From: Octopus bimaculoides
Lineage: Eukaryota
DNA length: 64,000 nt
Reading direction: 5' to 3'
Assembly: GCF_001194135.2 (NCBI RefSeq)
Contig: NC_068996.1
Span: forward strand, 45,814,381 to 45,878,380
A program made the translations under genes and the position numbers. Shown in pieces: positions 1 through 14,570 of the stretch (position 1 is its first letter; each line of letters begins with the position of its first letter). The notes under the pieces were generated by a model. The model made no database searches. It was not told the DNA's origin and was given only the letters and a program-made list of their open reading frames with translations.

Positions 1-1614
1 AGCGTAGAGATAGGTTCTAACATTGAATTCGCTATACAGGGTCATTACACCCACAGAGACAGGAAGAGGTATAAATGGAATGTCATTAGTTAGGGAAGTT
101 GATTTTAAAACTAAAACATTTTGCTTTGAGCCATGGCAAATCATAAAATTGTCGTAAATTTCTTTCTTTTAATTTTTTTTCAAAGTGTTTCTAAACAAAA
201 TGAAAATATAGAGATAAAATCTCGTGAAAAAATAAATTTTACGAGAAAACAATCATACTAACAAGCAATATTTGTTGAACATCAGAGAAAGGACTAAATG
301 AAAACTTATTTGTAAAAGCAAGAATATTATACAAGTAAAAATAATAAGTCAATCAAGTACGAAAAATAGGTACATACAAAATGGCAGTAAGCCTGACTGT
401 CCACATCAAACTGCTATTCGCCATAAGTAAACCATTATAATAAGTGTATCATGAACGAAAAGTGACAAAAAGATAAATACTTGAAAGGTATTTTTAATAA
501 AATGTTCCAAAGGAAGATTAATTCGTTCGGCGGTTGCACTACATGTTTAACTAACATTGATAAGGGACTTCCGGTTCTGATGATGGCAGTAATTAAAAAT
601 ATAAGGAGAGAATATTTACAACAATGCAATGTCCTCATTTTGGCAAATGCATATTTATTTATAATTCCTTTCAGCAACTAATAAACTGTATCTTGAACAT
701 ATCAAAGTAAACAAAGGCAAAAGACAATGTACTAACAGAGATTTGGTGGGGAAAAATAGCAGTAAAATACAATGTTTTAAAAATAAAACATTAAAAGAAA
801 ATATTGACTAAGCTTTATAGCAATACTTACGACATGAACATCTGCTCTTCGCACTGATAAAAACTGAAAATACCATAGAAAGTGGTTGGGAGATAGAAGA
901 AAAAATACTGGGTCTAAATTGATCACCCACATAACTAGAGGTATAGGCATTGAGAAATTCTGTCAACAAAAGAATAATTAACAAGAAATTTTGTTGCAAG
1001 CAATTATCGGTCAGCACAGACGAGATGTCCAGTTACAAAATATAGATTTGACAACTCCTTCTTTGAAAAATATGCATACTTTTCTTGAGAAAAATCTGAA
1101 GAATAAGCTGCTTAACCAGAATATGAGCTTAACCAAGATATAAGAATTCCGAAGAAGTATTGACCTTGTATCTTGAACGTTACCTCCGTACAATTCAGGA
1201 ACAAGAAATTTCCAATGGGTATACCATAAGATAAAAGGTAGAAAACAGCAACTGACCACGATTTCTTGCTGTGCTGAACCAAACTTGAAGATGTAGAAAA
1301 TATTGCTATCTGCGAGGTTTTGTGTGATATCGCCAGAGCAAACCGGAATAGAATAGCAGATAAAAATAACAAATACAAATGAACACTCGCAGATCAAAAG
1401 AATGTTCGCGGAACTTAATAATACAAACACATATATAACACAACCAACTTGATATCTGAGACCACGAAATAAAAACATGTCCTATTATTTTATCGCATGT
1501 GAACAGCAGAATTTCTTCGATACAGCACTATGGTTGATAAAATCAACGTAAACCCGTTGATGACAGCTTTTTTTCTCACCAGCAATGGTAGTATTCTAAT
1601 GATTTAAACTAGTA

Positions 1615-1648
<34 letters not shown>

Positions 1649-1948
1649 TTACTATCTTATTTTTGTTTGTAACTGAGCAGAAAACATAAGAGTATTGGAT
1701 AAAATCTTTGACAGATACAGATGGAAAAACTATACTGTGAGTTCAAGTCCCGTTACGGTTACCTTACACTTTTACTCATCAAGAGTCGGCAAAGTAATCA
1801 ATATTTGGATTGATTACACAGCTTGCCATTTGAAACATTGCTCTCACCACCTCACTAACGAAAGGTTCCTGGGCTGTTTGGAAAAGTGTAAACTATTTGT
1901 GTGTGTTTATATATGCCTACACTTTGGTTTCGGACTCTCTTTCTCTCT

Positions 1949-2014
<66 letters not shown>

Positions 2015-2810
2015 NNNNNNNNNNNNNNNNNNNNNNNNNNNNNNNNNNNNNNNNNNNNNNNNNNNNNNNNNNNNNNNNNNNNNNNNNNNNNNNNNNNNNN
2101 NNNNNNNNNNNNNNNNNNNNNNNNNNNNNNNNNNNNNNNNNNNNNNNNNNNNNNNNNNNNNNNNNNNNNNNNNNNNNNNNNNNNNNNNNNNNNNNNNNNN
2201 NNNNNNNNNNNNNNNNNNNNNNNNNNNNNNNNNNNNNNNNNNNNNNNNNNNNNNNNNNNNNNNNNNNNNNNNNNNNNNNNNNNNNNNNNNNNNNNNNNNN
2301 NNNNNNNNNNNNNNNNNNNNNNNNNNNNNNNNNNNNNNNNNNNNNNNNNNNNNNNNNNNNNNNNNNNNNNNNNNNNNNNNNNNNNNNNNNNNNNNNNNNN
2401 NNNNNNNNNNNNNNNNNNNNNNNNNNNNNNNNNNNNNNNNNNNNNNNNNNNNNNNNNNNNNNNNNNNNNNNNNNNNNNNNNNNNNNNNNNNNNNNNNNNN
2501 NNNNNNNNNNNNNNNNNNNNNNNNNNNNNNNNNNNNNNNNNNNNNNNNNNNNNNNNNNNNNNNNNNNNNNNNNNNNNNNNNNNNNNNNNNNNNNNNNNNN
2601 NNNNNNNNNNNNNNNNNNNNNNNNNNNNNNNNNNNNNNNNNNNNNNNNNNNNNNNNNNNNNNNNNNNNNNNNNNNNNNNNNNNNNNNNNNNNNNNNNNNN
2701 NNNNNNNNNNNNNNNNNNNNNNNNNNNNNNNNNNNNNNNNNNNNNNNNNNNNNNNNNNNNNNNNNNNNNNNNNNNNNNNNNNNNNNNNNNNNNNNNNNNN
2801 NNNNNNNNNN

Positions 2811-2889
<79 letters not shown>

Positions 2890-3959
2890 GTGTGTGCGTG
2901 AGTGTGTCTGTGTTTGTCCTCCCACCACCACCGCTTGACAACCGATGTTGGTGTGTTTTCGTCGCCGTGACTTAGCGGTTCGGCAAAAGAGAACGATAGA
3001 ATAAGTACTGGGCTTAGAAAGAGTAAGTCCTGGGGTCGATTTGCTCGATTAAAGGCGTTACTCCAGCATGGCTGCAGTCAAATGACTGAAACAAGTAAAA
3101 GAATGAAATAATCAGTCAAATTTATAAGAACAATTTAACCAGCTTTCCTAAAATCCTTCTATAATCCGCTTTGCAGCTTCAACTCCTTTTTACTCTCTAT
3201 CATGCTGAATGCTTGAAATGCAAAACCCCTAGAAAATAGAGATGGTTCATCAGATTTAATTTTTCTTTCCTTTCGGGTAAGAAGGAAATACCATAAAGAA
3301 TGTCATACAGATAATGTATAACTTGTACACACGCGTACATACACAAGCAGTCGCGCATGCATACTCACTCGTGCATTCATATACAATCGTGCAATCAAAC
3401 AATCATGTATGTGTGATACATGCATACACGTAAATACATAGTGAATACATGACGTATGTTTGTATGCGTTGATGTATGTAAGAAATGCTGAGGTATATTA
3501 GAACGTCTAGTGTTTCAGCGTTGAGTAATAAAATATTTCTTTTATATTACGCATACACATTCAAAACTTTTATAGTCGTAGACAGGAATTTTCTGTTAAA
3601 CTATTTCAAAGCAAAACAAAAAAGAAAAAAAAACAAAAAAATCTTCGACAGGTTCTGTTGAATACTTCTGTGAGTTATTTTTTTGTTTGACATTTATTTT
3701 TGTTATCGCGAATATATTCAAAACTTTACACTTACTTCAAATCTTTGCATTAGTTTTTACTTCTTTTATTCCGTAAAAATTGACTAAATTCCTTGTTACA
3801 GTATCGATAGGATGCAATTTACGTACATTTAGCTTTAAATATATTTTACAATATTATTCTTTCATTCTATTCAGTTTTTTCTGCATGTGTGCATGAAAGT
3901 ATGTACTTGTAGATAAATATTCATGTACGTGTATAACTATATATATATNNNNNNNNNNA

Positions 3960-4109
3960 TTCTCTCTCTTTTTATGTTCTCTAATTCCTTTATGTTGAAG
4001 AGCATAGGCTCGAAACATGAAAGACACTTTTATTTTTCCCAAGCGTCAAACTTGCTTGTTGTTCATACACCTGTCTTCATCTTTTGTTATTCTATAAATT
4101 TCAACTAAC

Positions 4110-4110
<1 letters not shown>
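3960..4110 (+). mobile_element. Decayed copy of the H2 hammerhead-bearing element
   Basis: ccttt atgttgaa gagc atag gctc gaaac atg aaag. Flanks align with the reverse complement of 16955-17095 (cttgttgttcatac...ttctataaatttcaa). Confidence 0.7.
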
Positions 4111-4140
<30 letters not shown>

Positions 4141-4603
4141 ATGTATACATAATGTGGTAAGCAGTTTGCTTCTCAATCACATGGTTCCGAGTTCAGCCCC
4201 ACAGCGTGGCACCTCGGTCTTGTGAATGTGCTTGCTTCACTGAAGCTGAAAAAGCCAGCCGTGTGTGTGTGAGCGCGTGTGCGTGTTTCTCTCCTCCTCT
4301 GCTTAAAACTGATACTGGTTTGTTAACATCCTCGTATCTGAACGACACTGGGAGAATAAGTACCAGTCTTAAAAAAATAAATAAATGCTGGGGTCGATTT
4401 GTGCACCAGTGTGGTGCTCCAGTATTGCCTGCTATTCAATGGATAAAAACAAATAAATGATAAAAGGAGATATAGATTTTGTATGTAGGTCTGGGTGAAT
4501 TTATATGCGTATATAAATATTGGTTTTTATGTACTAATGTGTGATCTTGCGTGAAATATTTTTAATGAAATATTCGAATTAATATATGTTTCTTTTTTTC
4601 TAG

Positions 4604-4763
4604 AATGAAAAGAAATTGCGATATCGCTTCGCTGCAATTGTTGACGAATTGCGAAATTCCAGTGACGCTGTATATAGCAGAGCACTTCTTTCTTTCGTCA
4701 ACTGCATTATCATCTACAAAAAAGAAGATCTAGAACGAGTTAGAATCAGAAATGAATTCATCG
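4604..4763 (+). CDS. INF2: Inverted formin (INF2-like) exon, DID/FH3 domain
   Basis: Acceptor tctttttttctag, donor G|gtaggt. Reads NEKKLRYRFAAIVDELRNSSDAVYSRALLSFVNCIIIYKKEDLERVRIRNEFI(G), matching the INF2 DID pattern YRF..(V/I)..EL...LLS.(V/I)N..I...R..(L/I)RNEFIG. Phase 0 in, phase 1 out. Confidence 0.9.
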
Positions 4764-5018
4764 GTAGGTGCCACTTTATTACTATTATTATTATTATCAT
4801 TATTATTATAGCATCGAGCGGCAAAACCGTTAACACAGCGGTCATAAAGCTTAGCCGCATTTCGTCCTCTTAACGACCTGAGATCGAATTCTGTCAAGAA
4901 CGACTTTCATCCTTTCGGGATCGATAAAATAATGAGCGGTCAAGTACTGGGGTCGACGTAATCGATTTACCCCGTCTCCCAAATTGCTGACCTTCAGTCA
5001 AAATTATTATCATTATTA

Positions 5019-5054
<36 letters not shown>

Positions 5055-5056
<2 letters not shown>

Positions 5057-5460
5057 GAGTGAGAGCAGCAAATACCATTAAAATGACACTGGGGTACAAA
5101 TATACGAAGCTCAATATACCTAGCATGACTACCCATCTGATAAGAGTACATCAAGTACATGCATCACAGCTATATGTGTGCGACATGGTGATTTCATATC
5201 AAGATAAACAGCACATGACCATGTAGGTGGGGCTCAATTAGAATTTTCTTCACGTCGAGTAGCCCATCCCGCTCAAAAGTTCCTTGAATAAGGTTTGTTT
5301 AAGGAAGATGAACAAAATACATGTTTCCAGCGATGAATTATTCAAAGCCCAAAGAATTATTCTCAATGCATAGCTATGACACGCCTCACCTACACCTGTG
5401 AGTGATCTGAGATGCACATATCGTCAGCCACTAAGGGACATGCTCACTACTCATGAGGGT
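5055..5460. mobile_element. Dispersed repeat fragment (probable LINE 3' region)
   Basis: 5300-5450 aligns with 23495-23645 (catgtttcca...gaattatt...cccaaagaatt...gagatgcacatatcgtcagccac.aagggacatgctca). Abuts an (ATT)n tract. Confidence 0.55.
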
Positions 5461-7650
5461 TCCATTATCATGCACTCTGGAATTGCATTGCCCCCCCCCT
5501 CCCGATTCTACGTATTTTGATTGTAGNNNNNNNNNNNNNNNNNNNNNNNNNNNNNNNNNNNNNNNNNNNNNNNNNNNNNNNNNNNNNNNNNNNNNNNNNN
5601 NNNNNNNNNNNNNNNNNNNNNNNNNNNNNNNNNNNNNNNNNNNNNNNNNNNNNNNNNNNNNNNNNNNNNNNNNNNNNNNNNNNNNNNNNNNNNNNNNNNN
5701 TATATATATATATATATATATATATTATAAACCGAGTGTCTCACTGAAAAAAAAAAGGAAAGAAAAAAGACTGGTTAGTCACGGTTATATACTTTTGGTT
5801 AGAGGTGTACTCAATTATGTGTGAACTGAGTCTAAACAACTACTACAGATGAATTAAAAGCTGACCAGGCCTCAGCTGTTATTTGAACATGGAATTACAA
5901 TGATTGAAACTGAGTTCAGCCTGATGGTTTTTCGGGGTGAGCGGAGAGAACAAAAAGAAATGTCTTTACATTAAGACAACTTGACTTTGGTGGGATTTGA
6001 AAACAGAACATGAAAGGGTTTGACTAAATATTGAAAGGCGTTTTGTACAGCGCCCTAACGATTTTATCTGTCGCCTTTACAATAAAATAAGGACGAAGTT
6101 GATAATGTTTCTAAACTCGTTGGAGGACGAGTTTAGTCGGTGCCATTGATCTTACTTTGTGGCTGGTTTTGTTTCATTGACCCGGGAAGAATGAAAGGTA
6201 AATGTGGCCTCGATGAGATTTGAATTTATAGGAATCACCGAAAGGGAGACATTCTGTCTGAGGCTGTTACGATTCTAAAGTACCCCTAATAGCATTAATA
6301 GTTACGGTAATGAAAGCAATAGTAGTAAGAGTAAAAGTTTAAGCTCCTGGTTACGCATTTGAGTGACAGCGAACAGTTGACAAAAATCAACAAGAAATGC
6401 TTTGCCCCGTGCAGAAACAGTAGGGATTTGTCAGAGGGTTTGCAAGTTCTTCTAAATCTAATACAGTATTGGAAGCACTTGTGTATTGCCAGCAGGTATC
6501 TCAGGGTCACAACTGTTTCGCCCTTTTGCCTGTATACTTCGCCTGAGCGAGAAAGCGAGGACTGAGCTCTAGTCTTCGCCCGCGGTAAGTTTCTACTTGC
6601 GATCTCTTATCAAACTACTGATAAATAACTTTCACCGACATGACGCCGTACAAGATTTATGACTAAATGGCCAAGAGAAAGCTGCGACGACCACTAATAA
6701 TAGCAACTTAGTAACAGCGAATAAGTTTACGGTATCAAGAAAATGAATAATAGCATTAAGAACATTTGACTAATGCGAAACTTAATTCTTAATAGCCAAG
6801 GTTCCTTCGAGTTGATTAAATCTGCCCTTCATAACAGAAACAAAAACATGTATGTATGCATGTATGTATGTATGTGTGTATGTATGTTCTATTATAATAC
6901 ACACATACACCACACTTGCATGTCTGGATGCACGCCAACATCGTCTGTATAAACATACATACGTGTAAGCGCGCACACTCAAGCACTTGCATACGTACGT
7001 ACGTACATACATACATACATACATACATACATACATACATACATGCATACGTACTCACACACACACACATACAAATCACGCTTTCACGCACAAAAATGCG
7101 TACACACATATACATAATTACACATCCACCGCACGCGCTCACACATATATATATTTACACACATTCACACAGACACACCTTTCGTATACTACTGACAGGG
7201 TGGAGGGCAGACAATAGTAACATCTATAACGAGAATGAAAAGATTGATAACAAGAATATCTGTGAAATGACAGTAGTAAACACCCTGACAGCATGAGTTT
7301 TACATAAATTTATTATTGTATCATAAAGACGTCTACAGGAACCCCGCTGAGCATTTTATAAATATCTATTTCCTACAAATGTATTTATGCGTGTGTTTTA
7401 TATAAGTTCTTGTGTGTCTGTGTTCTTGTTTGTTTGTACATAGTAAATACGAGTTAGAAATTTGAAATGAATTAATATGAACTCGGTGATACGTAAGCAA
7501 ATACAGTACTGAAATTCAATGTGAATCGAACCGTACACTTCCAGCTGTGTTTTTAAAGAGATTGGTGATCTTTGGTTGTGTTGCGCGTAAAACCACCCTC
7601 TTAATTTTTTTTATATTATTCTATGTATATATCAGCTATCATAATATATT

Positions 7651-7695
<45 letters not shown>

Positions 7696-9056
7696 TGGAT
7701 AGATACTATCCCTTAGTGGGTTGAACCCCCAACCCCTAACTCTCTCACGTNNNNNNNNNNNNNNNNNNNNNNNNNNNNNNNNNNNNNNNNNNNNNNNNNN
7801 NNNNNNNNNNNNNNNNNNNNNNNNNNNNGAATATATCCTTTTGTTGGCTTCAGCATAGACTTGAATGTAATTAATTATACTGTAGAGAATGTAAATTGAT
7901 ATTAACTGATAAGAGAGCTTCTGCATGACCTATTTGAAATAGCAGCCAAATCTCGAACAGTTTCATATTCTAGTCTTAATGAAGCTGTATACTGTAATTG
8001 TTATTATATTGTCTAAAGGAAGACAGATTTTTAAGAATAAAGTGATCGTAACGTGGATACCCTTGATCAAAAGGTTTCTGGCTTTTCGGATTGACCGAAA
8101 CCAGGAAACATCAAAGGCGTTCCATCAGTAATCATCCTTTCTCTTTTTATGTCATGCACTACTATGTCCAATTACTTTTTTAAGACAGTAGGATGTGATT
8201 TGAGAATTTTATCTGTTGTCTAAGCAGGTCGACTGATCGAGCAGGGAATCATTCGCTGGCGTATTGAACGGAAGGATACATCCTTCCATTCGAAATTCTC
8301 ATGAGATTTGGCTGCTATTTCAATCACATTTATTTAAGGACTTCCTTATCGTGTAACTTGAGGGAGATTTGACTGCCACTTTTTGTTGTCAAGACTGCAC
8401 AGATGCTCTTTACCTGAGTAAATCTAGTGGACTTGAAACTGCTGAAGCTACTCTGTGTGTGTGTGTATGCGCGTGCATGGGTGTGTACGCTGGTTTCTCT
8501 TACTACTCGACAAGGGAGTTGATTTATCTTAACATAGCGGTTTGACAAAAATTGTGTGTGTGTGTGTGTGTGTGTGAGTTTATTCTTAGACAAAAATATT
8601 GTTGCAGTAAAATATAGTTTCGTATGCATCAAGACCATAAAACACAATTCCAGATTTTCAAATGTTTGATCAACGTCATAACATCTAATCAAATAGTCGT
8701 TACCACCCGCACCAGTTGCTTCCATTTGGCCTGCTACCATCAATGTCGGTGCTGTGGAGATCGCTACTCATTTCTTCCACGCTTCACTTGAATGAAATGC
8801 TGACATGCCACCACCTGAACACATTCACACTTAACTTGTATATATACAATTTATTGGTAATCCAAACACTTCCTTGAAGTCTATCCGCCCTATGACAGGT
8901 TTTGTTTTTGATAATACAGGATATCGAAAATAATCTCCCTCGCCGAGCAAACCTTTGTCAAGTTGCCAGTTTAGTCGCCGACGTCCCAACTATGAAACTG
9001 GTTGTACTAGGTTACATATCACCTGTAGTGCTCACACTGCTCGCACACACCCATAT

Positions 9057-9127
<71 letters not shown>

Positions 9128-12100
9128 TATANNNNNNNNNNNNNNNNNNNNNNNNNNNNNNNNNNNNNNNNNNNNNNNNNNNNNNNNNNNNNNNNNNNNN
9201 NNNNNNNNNNNNNNNNNNNNNNNNNNNNNNNNNNNNNNNNNNNNNNNNNNNNNNNNNNNNNNNNNNNNNNNNNATATATATACAGACACACATATAGACG
9301 TACATAGATACAGTGTGTATGCACAAACAGAAAACATTGTAGGAAAGCACTTCATAACTAGCAAGTGGGAAGCAGCGCTGTCGTTTTCTTGACACCTCAA
9401 TATACGTCAATTGACCTAGCCATACGTCAAATTCTGTATCATTCATGACAGAAAAAAGTTTAATATTTCGCTAATAATCCATCATGCAAATTATATTAAA
9501 TATTTTGCATTCTTTGGTTTGATATAACATGAGTGGTTTGCACTGAAATGTTCTTACGTTATTTATGTCAAAGAGAGGACATCGACGTGGTCGTTCTGTC
9601 CGCTAGAAATAGCGGCGAAATATACTTCAAATATGTTTCTAATATATTAAACGTAGGCTTGACAGATTGAATAATGAAGTATGAGGCACAGTGTAACTCC
9701 TGAGAGTAAAAAGGAAAGAAATGGTGGAATGTTCTTATTTGTAATGTCAGTCAGGACTGATGTTATTTAGGGATTAAACAACTTATAGATATACAACTTA
9801 TAGATATAGCGAAACAGCTTATGCATTATGCAAAAATACATAAATACATATCTATACACACATGCACACACACACGATTGAATAAAACACACGGGTTCGA
9901 TTGCGGGTATGGTGTCTTCCTGTACATAAAGCACCCAAATAGCAAAAAAAATAATAAAAAGACACTCGAACATTTAATTCTTACTAGAGTATGCACAAAT
10001 TCATATCTCTACTCAAATGTTACAGTTTAGTTTAGATACAAATAAAGCAATGTGCATCTGTATTTCCAGTATCCACAAATACAGCATGCGATAGAATTCC
10101 CATAAAACAATACTTAGGTAAACTTGAGCCAAGAAGGGAACTTAAACCGCTGGAAATAATAAGCATATTTTTTTCAAACCACACCCTACACGCTGAATAA
10201 TATGTTCTTACGTTCTCTATACATATGAAAAAGATGAGATGTTCACAACTGGAATGAATGCTTTTATCGTTGTTTTGCTCAGTACGAAACAACTTATGTA
10301 GATTCGACCCAACGAGCTCATACCCCACCCCTCTCCCATTTGGTTGTTCAATATGCTAAAATAGCTAATACTCATCTCCTAGATCATAAATTCTTATCGT
10401 AAAATAATGGACTTATAAGCATTACATAAATAAAGAAAGAAAAAAAATATGGGATGATCTTTGATGGAACACCTGTGCTCGTATTGTCCGCTCCATTGTT
10501 ACTGACCTAGAGGGCTAAGCGATATCAAAAAGAAGAAATAACAAATGCAGATTTAAACTTATTTGAAAAAAACAGACCTATGTGAAAACATATTCTTCTG
10601 TAACAAAAACGTGACAAAATCTGTTCGTTTGGAGAAAGCAGACGACACTGTCAGTCCATGTATTGGTTATATTTATAATGAAAATTTACTTTTGTTTTGA
10701 GTAATTATATTGTTGTCTCAAATTTACCAATTTAAAAGGAAAGTAATATATTTAACAGAAAGTTAGATGGGATGTTTATAAATAAACCATGTGTGTATGT
10801 AAGGAAAAACGTTTGAAGACAAACGAAGAGCTACGCTGGTAAATGAAACTTCCGAGATCTATTAGGCTTCAAAGGTGCTGTAGAGCATTTTAGAGTAGAC
10901 TAATTAACTAAGTAAAGTCTGTAATGACTTTATTCTCATTTTCTGTGCTTTAGTTATTGGCTATCGTTGTGATCTACCTTAACGATGCTAGAAAAAGTGA
11001 TTGGATAATTTGCTGCATTAGGATTAGACCAGACACAGGATTTTTGTATTCTTCATCAAACTACTTGGTCAAAATATTTGTGTAAATGTATGTATATAGT
11101 GTGTGTATATGTGTGTTTGTGATATATGTGCATGTAATATGTATCTGTGTAAAATATACGTGTGTGTGCATGTGTTTGTCGTCCGTCTTTTGTTCTGAGT
11201 TCAAATGCCACCGGGGTTGACTTTGCTTTTCTTTCTTACGGGGTCGATAAAATGAGTACCAGTCGAGCACTGGCGTCAGGAAAATCGATTTATTCCCCCA
11301 CCACCCCTACCACCACCACCAATATCACACATCAGATTTATGCCAAAATTTGAAACCAATATATATGTGTGTGTATGTAGCACGCCTGTGTATTTAACAC
11401 GTGTGTGTATGTACCGCATATGCAAGGTGTATGTAATATGGTGCATAATATTGTCTGTGCGTGTATGATGCTTGTGTAAATATGTAATATACATATGCGT
11501 ATGCTTGTATGACTGGCTGGATTCAAAAACAAGATATTTTAGCCCAAACGATTAAATCTCGTCAATGACGTCCAACGTAGTTGAAAATATAGTATTATGA
11601 GGCAGAAATTTAGTTTTAGCTTATCAATTACGTTTACTTAAATCTTCAGGGTTATGTTCATGGTAAAGCATATGTGGAACACTTAATAATTGAGCTCGAT
11701 TTTTTTTGTTTGCTGATGACGTCATCTTTACAACAAGCTTTTCATTTCTTTCCGCTCTTTTTATTTACACACATATATGTATCTGTATAAAGAAAGAAAT
11801 ATTTTGTAAAGCGAATAAAAAGCAAGAAAATTAGGATTTATGGAGTTTCTAAGTGGCTATGCATTCTCTCGCATTACTGCTTTTAACAATATTATACCGA
11901 CCTTCAAAACATATGCTTTGCCTCGGTGATAAATTACCACCGAAGCATAGCATATGGCCTCAGAAAATATTAATATACGATTGTTTATGCTAATTATGAA
12001 CATGGCGACATATCTTTATGTGTATATTAATATTTATAATATTGTTTTGTATACGTTAACGTTTATAATATTGTTATGTATATGTTAAATATTTATAATA

Positions 12101-14529
12101 TGTTAATGAAGAGAATAACTATTGGTATTGTTCATAAATTCCTTATTGCCACAAAGATAGCAAAAGAATAATTATAGTGTAGCGCAAAAGATGCCCTTGA
12201 ACAAGTAGTTATGGAATTAAGGTGTGTGTCTGTGAAAGAGAGAGAGAGACCATGAAATTTATTTAAGAATGAACATGCAAATTCCTCCGAGCACCCTCAA
12301 CCCGAGCAGTATTTCTTCCGGTTCTAGATTCGAAGAAAAACTAAAAGATTAAATTCTTTATGCATCAGTCTTTTAAGAATCTAAATACGGTTGGAACCTT
12401 TTTGTTAGCTTCATCTTTTATTATAGCCACCAGACAGACGAGACGAAGACTTATTAACGTCTTTATCACAGGAAGTAGCAAAGCAATTTTCGTAATGGAT
12501 TCAGTTGATAGTCGAGTCGGCTCTTAATATGACAGTTGCTGTCTGGTCTAATCCTTTAAGTAGACATTTCGTCAGACTAATTGCATACCAAAGACTTGTT
12601 TATCCTAAACACATGCCAACAAAGGAGCGTCTACGTCGTCACTCGATTTACTAGAAATATCAGCCAAATCTCTATCGGAACCCATACTATCAACCGTGGT
12701 TCTCACTCGCTGCTTATCCATTCAACACAATGTAAACGATAAGAACTATACATATTCCCTATGATGGTTAAGTATACGAATTACCAATGGTGTCTAAACT
12801 GTCTTGCCACTGAAGAAACTTTTAATTTAGATCATTTGTTCTTTTCATGAAGATATGCCACATAAAACACGTTTTATTTATTTGGCATTTTTATGAAAAT
12901 ATTAAAGTGGTGGCCTAGTGAAATCGTTAGCACGCCAAACAAAATGCTTAGCAAAATTTATCTGACTTTACGCTCTGCGTTCAAACCACATTGAGGTCAG
13001 CTTTGCCTTTCATCTTTTAGGATCGATAAAACACCGTCATAGTAATTGATCTCGATGTAAATTGACTAATAAGTTCCCCTAAAATTTGAAAGCATAATTA
13101 TAAAAGGGGCGAGCTGCCAGGATTGTAAGCTCGTTCGGCAAAATGCTTAGTGGCATCTCATCTGCCGAGGTTGAATTTGCCTTTCATCCTTCAAAGGTCG
13201 ATAAAACAAGTACCAGTTGAATATTGGGGTTCATGTAATCGAGTTATATTCTCCTCCGAAATTGCTGGTCATGCGCCAAAATTTGAAACCATTATTAGAA
13301 TTAATGCTGGCAGAATGGTTCGCATGTCGGGTGAAACGTTTAGCAGCATTTCATCCGTCCTCAAGTTCTGGGTTCAAGTTCTCCTAAGGACGACCTTGCC
13401 TTTCATCCTTCCGGAGTCTATTCTAACACTCATATTATTCCCTTTCTGTTACGCTGAAATCTACATCTACTTTTCAATAGCCTTCAGAATAAACATGAAC
13501 CATATAGAAATATTCACGTCTAAAATATTGAAGCTTCCAAACAATATTTATAAATATCGTCAACTTTGATGACAGTCTGTCTTGAGATAATGAAAATCTG
13601 CCGAATATACTGAGATGAATTCACTTAAGCTATACAATCCGACGTACATTTCTTAGTTTCTTGACAAAATCGTTGGAGTGCATAGAATACCTTGCTGTAT
13701 TTATTCGGTTTAANNNNNNNNNNNNNNNNNNNNNNNNNNNNNNNNNNNNNNNNNNNNNNNNNNNNNNNNNNNNNNNNNNNNNNNNNNNNNNNNNNNNNNN
13801 NNNNNNNNNNNNNNNNNNNNNNNNNNNNNNNNNNNNNNNNNNNNNNNNNNNNNNNNNNNNNNNNNNNNNNNNNNNNNNNNNNNNNNNNNNNNNNNNNNNN
13901 NNNNNNNNNNNNNNNNNNNNNNNNNNNNNNNNNNNNNNNNNNNNNNNNNNNNNNNNNNNNNNNNNNNNNNNNNNNNNNNNNNNNNNNNNNNNNNNNNNNN
14001 NNNNNNNNNNNNNNNNNNNNNNNNNNNNNNNNNNNNNNNNNNNNNNNNNNNNNNNNNNNNNNNNNNNNNNNNNNNNNNNNNNNNNNNNNNNNNNNNNNNN
14101 NNNNNNNNNNNNNNNNNNNNNNNNNNNNNNNNNNNNNNNNNNNNNNNNNNNNNNNNNNNNNNNNNNNNNNNNNNNNNNNNNNNNNNNNNNNNNNNNNNNN
14201 NNNNNNNNNNNNNNNNNNNNNNNNNNNNNNNNNNNNNNNNNNNNNNNNNNNNNNNNNNNNNNNNNNNNNNNNNNNNNNNNNNNNNNNNNNNNNNNNNNNN
14301 NNNNNNNNNNNNNNNNNNNNNNNNNNNNNNNNNNNNNNNNNNNNNNNNNNNNNNNNNNNNNNNNNNNNNNNNNNNNNNNNNNNNNNNNNNNNNNNNNNNN
14401 NNNNNNNNNNNNNNNNNNNNNNNNNNNNNNNNNNNNNNNNNNNNNNNNNNNNNNNNNNNNNNNNNNNNNNNNNNNNNNNNNNNNNNNNNNNNNNATATAT
14501 ATTCAAAATAAATGGAAGTGGAGAGACAA

Positions 14530-14570
14530 GTTACTGAAGAGATTGCAAGAGTGCAATGAAATAATTTAAC
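14530..14570 (+). ncRNA. Minimal type I hammerhead ribozyme motif (family H3)
   Basis: Stem I gtta/taac, core CTGAAGA, extra G, stem II attgca/tgcaat with loop agag, GAAA, then ta and triplet ATT. Confidence 0.65.

Noticed and set aside
1681-1736. Possible upstream formin exon (cag acceptor, gtgagt donor; NIRVLDKIFDRYRWKNYT)
   Set aside because: Phases would fit, but it is too short and lacks the ELLAALC.YS..G motif expected of the preceding DID exon.
1695-2975. Long ORF-track entries spanning N-runs and microsatellites (also 13625-14569, 21175-22438, 53963-54946, 60024-60548, 61099-62223)
   Set aside because: Open only because N codons and (TA)/(CT)/(GT) repeats lack stops. Only the 22285-22710 part of 21175-22779 is real coding sequence.
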